This document shows positions 7,167 to 15,107 of a DNA stretch of 42,679 nt, in pieces; the first letter of the stretch is position 1; the number at the start of each line of letters is the position of its first letter. The notes under the pieces are model-generated. The model was not told the origin of the DNA. It did not search any database and worked only from the letters and a program-made list of their open reading frames with translations. The stretch comes from Nanobdellota archaeon (GTDB lineage Archaea > Nanobdellota > Nanobdellia > Pacearchaeales > UBA12030). The stretch spans positions 9,234 through 51,912 of the forward strand of contig DUFK01000014.1 of NCBI GenBank assembly GCA_013331945.1, read 5' to 3'. The translations under genes and the position numbers were made by a program.

Positions 7167-7961
7167 TTAAACTTTTTTCTTTTCGGGCGCTTTTTGCTCC
7201 TTGCCTTCAGAATCAGTGCTCTCCACTTTCTTGCCCTCTTTATCCCTCTTCCCGGATTTCTTCCCATCCTCCGTGCCCATTTCTCCCTGCCCCGTGCCCT
7301 CTTCCTCCAGTCTTGCGGCCTCTTTCTCCACATTTGTGTCCTCTTTTACCTTGAAATCCCCCACAAGCTCCTTTATCTTCTTCTCCAATTCACGTGTAAA
7401 ATCCGTGCCGAGCTTCTTTTCAAGCAGGATCTCGTGCTCTTTGAGGGAGAATTTGTCTGTTCTCGCATATCTCTGAAGCAAGATCCCTATCTTTTCCTTA
7501 TCTTCATCTATCTTGCGTAGTATCTTTAAGTCATAAAATATCTTTTTCCCGGCGAAAGGATGATTAAAATCAGTGATTACCCTTCCCCCACTTACAGCGC
7601 GCACAGTAGCAATCAGATTGTCGATCGCGAGCGCAAGACCTGGGTAAGGATTTACCTGTTTTTCGTGAAAAACTTTCAGCGGAATTATCTTCACTAGCTT
7701 TGAATCGCGTTGGCCGAATGCCTCTTCTGGAGAAAGCTGGATTTCATATCCTTTTCCTACTTCCTTTCCGATAAGCTGCTTGTCCAATCCGCGCAAAAGC
7801 TGCCCTTCTCCAACGCAAAGCTTCACGGGAGCGTAATCTGCATCAGCAGGGAGGCCAGCTTCCTTCGCATCTTTCTTATTCGTAGTATCAAAAACCTTGC
7901 CCTCTTCAGTCTTTGCAGTAAATTCAAGCTCGATGAAATCCTTCTCTTTGACTTTTTCCAT
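7167..7961 (-). CDS. FKBP-type peptidyl-prolyl cis-trans isomerase (SlyD/long archaeal type) with an acidic/basic C-terminal tail
   Basis: Trimmed to the ATG at 7959-7961 (MEKVKEKDFIELEFTAKTEEGKVFDTT...). Has an FKBP core, an IF-type insert and ...TDFNHPFAGKKIFYDLKI. The last ~50 aa are Lys/Glu/Gly-rich. Confidence 0.8.
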   Translation of the reverse strand: MEKVKEKDFIELEFTAKTEEGKVFDTTNKKDAKEAGLPADADYAPVKLCVGEGQLLRGLDKQLIGKEVGKGYEIQLSPEEAFGQRDSKLVKIIPLKVFHEKQVNPYPGLALAIDNLIATVRAVSGGRVITDFNHPFAGKKIFYDLKILRKIDEDKEKIGILLQRYARTDKFSLKEHEILLEKKLGTDFTRELEKKIKELVGDFKVKEDTNVEKEAARLEEEGTGQGEMGTEDGKKSGKRDKEGKKVESTDSEGKEQKAPEKKKV

Positions 7962-8056
7962 ATTAAAAGTAAAAAACAAAGAAATGTTTTTAAATTGTTC
8001 TTTCTTAAGGCGGTGTGGAAACAAGGGAAAAATTAGCCATAGGTGGAAAAAAGAAC

Positions 8057-8449
8057 ATGGAAACGAGATTTGATTCGGTTATATCCTTGCGCAAGGGATC
8101 TTATGTGATAATAGATAATCAACCCTGTGTCGTCAAAAGCATAGATATAAGCAAGACCGGAAAGCACGGAGCGAGCAAGGCAAGAGTCGAGGCCGTCGGA
8201 TTGCTGGATGGGCAGAAGAGGATCATCGTAAAGCCAGGACATGAGAATATACCTATACCGATCATCGAGAAGAGAAGAGGCCAGATCCTGCATTGCGATG
8301 AGGGCAAAGCGAGCATCATGGACTCTGAGACCTTCGAGACATTTGATGCGGATCTGGATGAGGATGTGCAAAGCGAGGCGCAGGACGGGAAGCAGGTAGA
8401 GTACTGGAAAGTCATGGGGAAATGTGTTGTCAAGAGGATTATAAATTGA
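8057..8449 (+). CDS. eif5a: translation initiation factor 5A (aIF5A)
   Basis: Carries the hypusine-loop motif SKTGKHGASKARVEAVGL and an OB C-terminal domain. The track ORF starts at a GTG (8015); the ATG at 8057 gives a typical 130-aa protein. Confidence 0.9.
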   Translation: METRFDSVISLRKGSYVIIDNQPCVVKSIDISKTGKHGASKARVEAVGLLDGQKRIIVKPGHENIPIPIIEKRRGQILHCDEGKASIMDSETFETFDADLDEDVQSEAQDGKQVEYWKVMGKCVVKRIIN

Positions 8450-8480
8450 TCAGAAATTTGTAATGTGGGGTTCTAAGTAA

Positions 8481-9773
8481 ATGACCGGCAGGATTTATGG
8501 GCTTGAAACAGAATTTGGAGTTCTTCCAGTTCTAGAGAGTCCGGAGGATATAGCAAAAAAAGTTCCTTCTAAAGGATTCACTAAGAATGGCGGAAGATAT
8601 TATGTATGTGTTTCAGGAAATCATCCCGAATATGCAACTCCAGAATGTGCAAGTGTGCGTGACTTGGTGAAGTACGATAAAACAGGTGAAGTCATCGCGC
8701 AAGCCTTGTCGCCAAAGTTAGAACTGTATAAGAATAATTTAGGGTATCGTGGAGAGGAGACATTTGGCTGCCATGAGAACTACTTGGTGAAGAAGGAAAT
8801 CTTCAATGAAGAAAAGCTTGCACCATTAATCCCATTCCTCGTAACGCGGCAGATTTTTGCAGGCGCAGGGTGGGTTGAGTTCTATAGCGATGGAGAAATG
8901 AAATACAATTTATCGCAGAGAGCGCAGAAGATGACTGAGGAGTTCAGCACAGGCACAAGCGCTGCCACAAATAGGGCCATAGTCCATCTGAAAGGCGAGC
9001 CGCACACAACTATAGGAGAGCGGCTCCACCTTATTCTTGGGGATTCGAACATGTCCGAAATCGCCACATATCTGAAAGTCGGGACAACTTCACTCGTTCT
9101 GGATATGATTGAAGACGGTACTCTAGAGGAAAAAATCAGGCTTGAAGATCCACTCAGAGCCTTGCGTAATATATCTGAAGACCAATCAAGAAGATGGATT
9201 GGAAGAAGAGACGATGGGAAAACTATTTCTGCTATAGATATCCAGCGGATGTATCTCGAGAGGGCGATGGAGTATAAGGGAGTGGATGACGAAACAGATG
9301 ACATCCTTGCAAGATGGGAAAGAACTCTGGATTTGCTGGAAAGGAAGGACTTCACAGCGCTTTCGAGACAAGTGGATTGGGTCGCTAAAAAAGGCCTAGT
9401 AGATATTTGTGCCAATGATGAAAGAAAAGTTGAAGTGGACAAGTTAAGAAGCATTGATCTGATGTACAGCGCAATAGACAAGGAAGAAAGTTTATTTTAT
9501 GCGCTCCAGGATCAAGGCTGTATGGACAGGATTGTGAGCGATGAGGAGATCAAAGAGGCCACTTTTACTCCGCCGAGAGATACTAGGGCATGGTGCAGAG
9601 GAAACCTTGTCGGAAAAAGGATCATCACATCCATAGATTGGGAAGAAGTCGACACAAAGTATGGATACGTAAGTTTAGATGACCCATTTAACCAATATGA
9701 AAAGAAGCTAAAGAGAGTCCTAACGCTCCATAATCTAAAACGAACCAACACTTTTAAAAAGGAGCGGGGTTAG
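8481..9773 (+). CDS. Pup ligase/deamidase family protein (PafA/Dop homologue)
   Basis: 430 aa. It aligns by eye along its whole length with my recollection of mycobacterial PafA. Shared motifs: RIYGLETEFG, HPEYATPEC, FGCHENYLV, PFLVTRQIFAGAG, LSQRA, GDSNMSE..YLKVGTTSLVL, IDIQR.Y, VDWV.KK. Confidence 0.85.
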   Translation: MTGRIYGLETEFGVLPVLESPEDIAKKVPSKGFTKNGGRYYVCVSGNHPEYATPECASVRDLVKYDKTGEVIAQALSPKLELYKNNLGYRGEETFGCHENYLVKKEIFNEEKLAPLIPFLVTRQIFAGAGWVEFYSDGEMKYNLSQRAQKMTEEFSTGTSAATNRAIVHLKGEPHTTIGERLHLILGDSNMSEIATYLKVGTTSLVLDMIEDGTLEEKIRLEDPLRALRNISEDQSRRWIGRRDDGKTISAIDIQRMYLERAMEYKGVDDETDDILARWERTLDLLERKDFTALSRQVDWVAKKGLVDICANDERKVEVDKLRSIDLMYSAIDKEESLFYALQDQGCMDRIVSDEEIKEATFTPPRDTRAWCRGNLVGKRIITSIDWEEVDTKYGYVSLDDPFNQYEKKLKRVLTLHNLKRTNTFKKERG

Positions 9774-9807
9774 AGGTAATAAAATACCCTGAAAATCAAA
9801 AAATAAA

Positions 9808-9972
9808 ATGGTAAAGATTCCAGTTGCGCAACAAAGGCTCTACAAGAACATATTTGTGTGCAAGCGCTGCTCGCTCAAGAGAAGGGCCACTCCAAAGCAC
9901 ATCATCGAAAAGAGGGTAAAGTGCAGGCGCTGCGGAAGGAATGAGTTCAGGCCTATCAGGAAGAAGACGTAA
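9808..9972 (+). CDS. rpl40e: 50S ribosomal protein L40e (eL40)
   Basis: Not in the track (54 aa). Hand translation: MVKIPVAQQRLYKNIFVCKRCSLKRRATPKHIIEKRVKCRRCGRNEFRPIRKKT. The CxxC...CxxC pattern and RP.R.K tail are typical of eL40. Confidence 0.8.
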   Translation: MVKIPVAQQRLYKNIFVCKRCSLKRRATPKHIIEKRVKCRRCGRNEFRPIRKKT

Positions 9973-9983
9973 TCTCGAGGATA

Positions 9984-10235
9984 ATGGTGAAGGCCAAAAT
10001 ATACATATTCATGAGGCCAGAGTATCTAAATGGCGCAGCAGATTCAAAAAAAGAGGACCTCATCAGGAATGGATTCGCCGAAGTCAAAGATGTTACGCAA
10101 AGTAAGTATATAGAATTGGAACTTCAATCCTCGAAATCCAGAAAAAGCCTGGAAAGAAGGGTTGATGAGATGTGCAAAGGTCTGCTTGCAAATAAGGTGT
10201 ATGAGACTTACAGGTTTGAAATTGAAACTAGATGA
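9984..10235 (+). CDS. PurS-like protein (FGAM synthase PurS family fold)
   Basis: 83 aa. KIYIFMRPEYLNGAADSKKEDLIRNGFAEVKDVTQSKYIELEL...VDEMCKGLLANKVYETYRFEIE follows the PurS consensus closely (V.V..K..VLDPQG......L...G...V..VR.GK.IEL......V..MC.KLLAN.VIE.Y..E). No purL or purQ in the window. Confidence 0.65.
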   Translation: MVKAKIYIFMRPEYLNGAADSKKEDLIRNGFAEVKDVTQSKYIELELQSSKSRKSLERRVDEMCKGLLANKVYETYRFEIETR

Positions 10236-10249
10236 AATATTAAAGAAAA

Positions 10250-11416
10250 ATGGTTAATTATGATCTTATCTTATTCGGAATTTTTGCCTTTCTTCTCGTA
10301 ATTTTCTACTTCAGGAACAAAAAGAAGATTGAGTTCCAGGGGATTGTCGCGCTCTATAAGACAAAGCTCGGTCTTGCGCTTTCAAAGAAGATTGTGCGCA
10401 AGCGCGAGAAGCTTTTCATTGTCCTGGGATACATCGGGATTGTTCTCGGATTTATCGGAATGGCATTCATTTTCTATACTCTCGCTTCCGGAAGCGTGAA
10501 CGTCTTCATCAAGCCAGAAGCAGCCCCAGTTGTGGCTCCAGTGCTTCCATTCGTGAAGATTCCTGGCCTTCCTCCCCTGCTCTTTACGTATTGGATAATC
10601 AGCATCTTCATCGTTGCTGTAATTCATGAATTCTCTCATGCACTTCTTTCAGTTGCGCATAAAATCAAGGTGAAGAGCTCTGGCTTTGCTTTCTTTGGCC
10701 CCATCCCTGCTGCATTTGTAGAGCCGGATGAGAAACAGCTGGCAAAAAAGAGCAGGGCTGCGCAACTTTCAGTGTTCGCTGCAGGGCCATTCTCTAACAT
10801 CATCACAGGAATTTTGTTCTTCCTCATATTCGCCTTCCTGATTGCACCTTATGTTGCTTCGATGGGAAATGTTAATTTTGAGATCGCAGATGTAGTTAAT
10901 GGAAGCCCTGCATTCCTATCAGGCCTCCAGAAAGGGCAGACCATAGAGAGTATGAATGGCCTTGATGCTTCACCAAAGAACGTTTCCTCGGTTCTTGCAA
11001 GCCTTGAGCCAAATGACATCCTTGAGATAAAATCTGGAGGAAAAACCTACACACTAAAAACAGATAAGAATCCCCAGAACCAGAGCAAGGGATTTATCGG
11101 AATAAGCATTGATGCGAAGCTTGAGCCGAAGCGGGAGACCAGCAAGGCATATTTCAGTTTCATGATGTGGCTTCGCCAGCTTTTCTTCTGGCTTTTCGCA
11201 CTCTCACTTGGAATCGGTCTTTTCAACCTGCTCCCACTAGGTCCTATAGATGGAGGAAGAATGCTTCTAGTCGGCCTCGGTTCTTTCATGAAGGATGAGA
11301 AGAGAGCAAAGAAGATTTTTTCATTCGTCTCATTTGTAAGCCTTCTTTTGATACTGATAAATCTGGCACCATGGTTTGCAAAAGCCTTTGGCTCGATCGG
11401 AAGGGCCATAGGGTAG
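10250..11416 (+). CDS. site-2 protease family (M50) intramembrane metalloprotease with PDZ domain
   Basis: 388 aa. HEFSHAL (HExxH) sits in a TM helix, with a PDZ-like GSPAFLSGLQKGQTIESMNG and a second S2P motif FNLLPLGPIDGGRM. Confidence 0.9.
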   Translation: MVNYDLILFGIFAFLLVIFYFRNKKKIEFQGIVALYKTKLGLALSKKIVRKREKLFIVLGYIGIVLGFIGMAFIFYTLASGSVNVFIKPEAAPVVAPVLPFVKIPGLPPLLFTYWIISIFIVAVIHEFSHALLSVAHKIKVKSSGFAFFGPIPAAFVEPDEKQLAKKSRAAQLSVFAAGPFSNIITGILFFLIFAFLIAPYVASMGNVNFEIADVVNGSPAFLSGLQKGQTIESMNGLDASPKNVSSVLASLEPNDILEIKSGGKTYTLKTDKNPQNQSKGFIGISIDAKLEPKRETSKAYFSFMMWLRQLFFWLFALSLGIGLFNLLPLGPIDGGRMLLVGLGSFMKDEKRAKKIFSFVSFVSLLLILINLAPWFAKAFGSIGRAIG

Positions 11417-11464
11417 ATTTCCAGCTAGCCAGGCTTTTCAGGTAAGTTTTAAATCTTAGAGTTC

Positions 11465-11497
11465 TTTCTTGCATAAGCTTCTTTCTTAAAGAAGCTT
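11465..11497. repeat. third copy of tttcttgcataagcttctt plus the 10-bp hairpin aagcttcttt/ctt/aaagaagctt
   Basis: Same 19-mer and same stem as at 1872-1934; only the loop differs. It ends 3 nt before tRNA-Ala position +1. A TATA-like ttttaaat sits about 50 nt upstream of the tRNA. Confidence 0.85.
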
Positions 11498-11500
11498 AAA

Positions 11501-11571
11501 GGGCTCGTGGTCCAATGGTAAGATACTGCTTTCGCATGGCAGAGATGCGGGTTCGATTCCCGCCGAGTCCA
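11501..11571 (+). tRNA. tRNA-Ala (CGC), no intron
   Basis: GGGCTCG-TG-GTCC-AATGGTA-AGAT-A-CTGCT-TT-CGC-AT-GGCAG-AGAT-GCGGG-TTCGATT-CCCGC-CGAGTCC-A. Has the G3:U70 alanine identity pair. Anticodon at 11533-11535. CCA is not encoded directly. Confidence 0.9.
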
Positions 11572-11573
11572 TA

Positions 11574-11603
11574 GGACCTTTCTTTTTTGAAAAAGAAATG
11601 TCC
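11574..11603 (+). terminator. hairpin with internal T-run immediately 3' of tRNA-Ala
   Basis: ggacctttcttttttgaaaaagaaatgtcc forms 13 bp with one mismatch and contains a T6 run. It shares its ends (GGACCTTTCTT...AGAAAYGTCC) with the tRNA-Pro T-loop intron hairpin (plus 2211-2235). Confidence 0.55.
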
Positions 11604-11671
11604 ATCAAAGAAAAATAATTTACATGAACAGCAAAAAGAAAGTTTTTAAATGAAAATTTCCTATTGTGGAG

Positions 11672-12436
11672 ATGGCAAAGAGCGCAGAAAAGAGGAAAGG
11701 AAAAGAGGGCATATTCAGCCTCATCGGAAAATCCTTCTCAACCTATTTCAAGAATCTCAATCTTGCACTGCCATTCATCTTCCTGCTCCTGTTCCTGATA
11801 ATTGTCGCCGCGGTATTCATCGCCACAATTACTCCCGTCACCGGCACAAATGTAGAGAACCTTCAACTTGATCCTGCAACGCTCGGGATGGTTGCCATCG
11901 TTTCTATAGTTCTAGTCTTAGTACTGCTTGCGGGCTCATCATTCTTATCTAGTGGGATTATCGGAATGGCCTCGGAAATCGCAAGCAAGGGAAAGACACG
12001 GCTTTCAGTGATGTTCAGCACTGGAGGAAAATACTGGTTTAGATTTCTTGGCGCAACATTGAGCATCCTTGTGATAGTGCTTGTTCCGTTCCTGGCCGTA
12101 TTATTTACTGCGAATAAGTTTTTGTATGATTCAGTTCCGGCAGCACAATTAATCGCCATAATCTTAATTCTACTCGTATTGATGCTCTTCTTCGTCTTTT
12201 TTGCCTTCGCTCCATATTTCCTAGTCATGAAAGATATGAGGGTTTTCGCATCGATAAAAGAAAGCTTCGCTTTTGTGAAGAAGAACTATGTTGATGCTCT
12301 CCTGCTCTTCCTTATCCTAACCATCACATCGATCTTGATAAATCAGATCCCATATGTTGGGTGGGTGATAAACCTGTTGCTGCTCGGCCCGGTGCAGGCG
12401 CTTGTGCTCGTGTATTTCATCAATTCGAGAAAGTAA
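11672..12436 (+). CDS. polytopic membrane protein, unknown function
   Basis: About 6 TM segments. The track ORF starts at a GTG (11666). The ATG at 11672 lies about 25 nt after the TATA gtttttaaat. Confidence 0.6.
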   Translation: MAKSAEKRKGKEGIFSLIGKSFSTYFKNLNLALPFIFLLLFLIIVAAVFIATITPVTGTNVENLQLDPATLGMVAIVSIVLVLVLLAGSSFLSSGIIGMASEIASKGKTRLSVMFSTGGKYWFRFLGATLSILVIVLVPFLAVLFTANKFLYDSVPAAQLIAIILILLVLMLFFVFFAFAPYFLVMKDMRVFASIKESFAFVKKNYVDALLLFLILTITSILINQIPYVGWVINLLLLGPVQALVLVYFINSRK

Positions 12437-12446
12437 CATTAAGTTC

Positions 12447-13121
12447 TTATCTCCCGCTAAGTTCATCTAGGGCTTTTTCCACTTCTGGATGGCTCGCTAT
12501 TTCTGATTGGTTTAGTATATCACGGAGTTCTTTCGAGGCTTTCTCTGTTTCTTTTTGTTTTTTTATCTCCCGGAGGAGAAGGAGCTTTATTTCTCGCGCA
12601 AGAGAAGCTATTTTTGGGAGATTTTTACTGGAGTCAATTGCAGTTTTAGACTCGCTTATCGCGTGTAAAGAGATATAATAATCTTGGCTATGCTCCAGAT
12701 ATTTACCTTTTTTAGTGAGAGTTATCTCATATTCCACCCCCCTCCTAAGTTTTTGGAGTTCAAAGTTTATCGAAAATAGGGCCCCCTCGACATCTTCAAT
12801 GTAACTTATGACCCCCGCTATATTTCCAGAATTAATAGACTTCTTGGCAGATCCTACAAGCTCCAATATCTTTAAGTATAAACTTTTTATGTGGCTTACA
12901 ATCTCGTAACAATACTCCGGACCGGAACCAAAATCCCATATTGGTCGATTTAAATACACTATCCTTATTTTACTATGGCTGTTATAAATTCTTTTAATTA
13001 GATTCTCACAAGAATCCAGCATCCTCTTAACTTCTTTAGAACTCTTAAACATCTCGAGGCTCTTCTTCTTGTACACCTCGTCAGCGCTTGCCCTCTTCTT
13101 CCCAAATATCCACCATCCCAT
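12447..13121 (-). CDS. hypothetical helical protein, N-terminus MGWWIFGKKR (orphan family)
   Basis: 224-aa ORF, visibly AT-rich, with an ATG start. An AAGGT-type TATA lies 20-33 nt upstream. Confidence 0.6.
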   Translation of the reverse strand: MGWWIFGKKRASADEVYKKKSLEMFKSSKEVKRMLDSCENLIKRIYNSHSKIRIVYLNRPIWDFGSGPEYCYEIVSHIKSLYLKILELVGSAKKSINSGNIAGVISYIEDVEGALFSINFELQKLRRGVEYEITLTKKGKYLEHSQDYYISLHAISESKTAIDSSKNLPKIASLAREIKLLLLREIKKQKETEKASKELRDILNQSEIASHPEVEKALDELSGR

Positions 13122-13140
13122 CTTGATGGGACTCGAGGCT

Positions 13141-13154
13141 GATTTAATAACCTT
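13141..13154 (-). promoter_or_regulatory. BRE/TATA element (minus strand aaggttattaaatc)
   Basis: Lies 20-33 nt upstream of the ATG at 13121. Confidence 0.5.
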
Positions 13155-13216
13155 ATCCAGAACTGTTTTTGAAGAACAATTTTTTGGGTGTAGCTTTTCT
13201 TGTTTTCTAAAGAAGC

Positions 13217-14110
13217 TTACTCAGTAACCTTCAGCGTCGCTTCAGAAGTCTCCACATACTTGTACCTCAAGCGGAATCTTATAGGGCTTACATGATCTGA
13301 AGCGCCCTGCATGTTCCTCTTGCACAGGATCGTGCTCCCAACTCTTCCTTCGCCGCTCTTCTCTCCGCTCAATGTAGGCTTGCAATCAAGAGGCTCTTCT
13401 GTCTCTATCGCTGCGAGGATCGCATTCTCTAAGTAAGGCTCTGGGGTTGCGCAGTTTGCAGTTGGCGCATAAACCTTTCCTCTTCCTTTATTCTCAACAA
13501 CGAATTTAATGAGAACATTCTGTCCACTTCTCTCTTCGGTCAAAGAAGTGATCTGCAATGGTCCATCCCCTATTGTTGCACCCTTAAGCTTGCCTTCCTT
13601 ATCTTTCGCTCCTGCACTTAGAGAGCATACCTGCGATCCTTCGAAAGCAAAGCAGATGTCTGCCCTCACATCTGACTCATATACATAGCATGATTTGTAG
13701 GAAATCTTCTGATCGTAATTCACATTCTGTCCCGTATAGCGCGCATTATCAGTGAAGATGATATTCTCCCTTCCGCCAGCAACTCCAGATGCACGAAGGG
13801 CCTTCTTGAGCTCTGCTTTGTTTTGCTTTACCAGTTCAGTCTGCGACAGCGAAAAAAGTTCAGGAAAGAATCCTCCAAGAAATACCTGTGCCTCTCCTGC
13901 CTTTACATCATAACTCCCCTTATTCTCAAGCGTGACCATGAATCTAAAGTCTTGGCCCTTACTTACCTGCGATGGAGGAGCGCCAGAAACCAGTTCAAGA
14001 GCAAGGCCTTCTGTTCCCGAGGCTTGCTGCCCCCCTCTTTTGCATCCGGCTTGCCCGAAGGCAAGCAAGGCGAGTATGAGTGTGAGTGCGAGAATATGTG
14101 TTGTTTTCAT
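13217..14110 (-). CDS. secreted/lipoprotein-like beta-rich protein, paralogue 1
   Basis: 297 aa. Signal peptide MKTTHILALTLILALLAFGQAGC (lipobox-like AGC). Shares its architecture and C-terminal strand pattern with 14140-15060 and with the ectodomain of 15108-16613. Confidence 0.7.
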   Translation of the reverse strand: MKTTHILALTLILALLAFGQAGCKRGGQQASGTEGLALELVSGAPPSQVSKGQDFRFMVTLENKGSYDVKAGEAQVFLGGFFPELFSLSQTELVKQNKAELKKALRASGVAGGRENIIFTDNARYTGQNVNYDQKISYKSCYVYESDVRADICFAFEGSQVCSLSAGAKDKEGKLKGATIGDGPLQITSLTEERSGQNVLIKFVVENKGRGKVYAPTANCATPEPYLENAILAAIETEEPLDCKPTLSGEKSGEGRVGSTILCKRNMQGASDHVSPIRFRLRYKYVETSEATLKVTE

Positions 14111-14139
14111 TTTCCTCTTTCTTTTGTCTCCTTTATTTT

Positions 14140-15060
14140 TTAACGTTGTTTATCTTCAGATTCTACGAACAAGGTATGGGTCTTCACCGCTTCTACTGTA
14201 TAATCCAGCTTTATCCTTAACGGATGGGCTATGACTCCTTCAGAATTAATCACCCCCGTACACCTTAAAACCCTTTCGGTCAGCACTTCTAAAGTGCTTC
14301 CATCTGTATCACATTCCAAAGAATATGGCCCAAAACTGACGTCATTGACAAATACTTTATTCACAGCCTCTTCATTGAATCCGGAGACAGCTCCCGGAAG
14401 CAGCAACTTCCCATTCACCTGTTTCTTCAGGTTTATCTTCACAGAAAGTTTCACCTGCCCATCAGAGATGCGGAAAACATTCTTTTCTATGCTGGAAATT
14501 CCAAGAGGTGCTTTTACTTTAGAAGAGATGCTTTCAGAGGTCTTGCAGGAGGTTGTTGTCTGCTTGAGCGGATCTTTCACACATATCACTTGTGAGAAGT
14601 CAGTAGAGTATTGATACAAAATGGAAGTAGAGATTGTAGTTGGCTGACTATCCAATCCCCGATACATAAAAGAACTTCCTTCTGAAGGAAGCGAGATTAT
14701 TTCGCTCCTCGGAACAACCTTGCCTTTGTCTTGAGATGCCGAAGCGATAGAGAAGATTTCGCAATTTTTCCCTATTCCACCGTAAATATCATCTACAGTA
14801 TCTTCAACGCAGAGCTCGCCAGTTGTTGGAATCTCCCCAAAATTCTCTATCTTAGCGATGACCTGGAATTCTGCGTCAGGCTCTATTTTTACAGGCGGCG
14901 CATCTGGAAGCAAAGAGAAATCAAGACCAATCGTACCTGCCTTGCTGTTTGTCCCTCCCCCACCCGGAAAGGTGAAAGGATTTGAAGCACTGCATCCGGC
15001 TTGCCCGAAGGCGAGGAGTGCCAGCAAAAGTGTGAGCGCCAATGCGTGATGTGTTTTCAT
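14140..15060 (-). CDS. secreted/lipoprotein-like beta-rich protein, paralogue 2
   Basis: 306 aa. The signal peptide MKTHHALALTLLLALLAFGQAGC is almost identical to paralogue 1. The 21 nt gcatccggcttgcccgaaggc are identical in both genes. Confidence 0.7.
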   Translation of the reverse strand: MKTHHALALTLLLALLAFGQAGCSASNPFTFPGGGGTNSKAGTIGLDFSLLPDAPPVKIEPDAEFQVIAKIENFGEIPTTGELCVEDTVDDIYGGIGKNCEIFSIASASQDKGKVVPRSEIISLPSEGSSFMYRGLDSQPTTISTSILYQYSTDFSQVICVKDPLKQTTTSCKTSESISSKVKAPLGISSIEKNVFRISDGQVKLSVKINLKKQVNGKLLLPGAVSGFNEEAVNKVFVNDVSFGPYSLECDTDGSTLEVLTERVLRCTGVINSEGVIAHPLRIKLDYTVEAVKTHTLFVESEDKQR

Positions 15061-15107
15061 TTTCTTCCTTTTTTATAGTATATTACTTGCTTGATTTATT
15101 AAAATAG

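Noticed and set aside
8481-9773. Glutamine synthetase or gamma-glutamylcysteine ligase annotation for the 430-aa ORF
   Set aside because: The fold family is related, but the motif-by-motif match (GLETEFG, HPEYATPEC, GCHENY, GDSNMSE, LKVGTT) is specific to PafA/Dop.
11571-11606. Intron-like excision creating an encoded CCA end for tRNA-Ala (A-[tag...atgt]-CCA)
   Set aside because: I could not see a convincing bulge-helix-bulge. CCA addition by the CCA-adding enzyme is the default. It is kept only as a remark in the tRNA-Ala finding.
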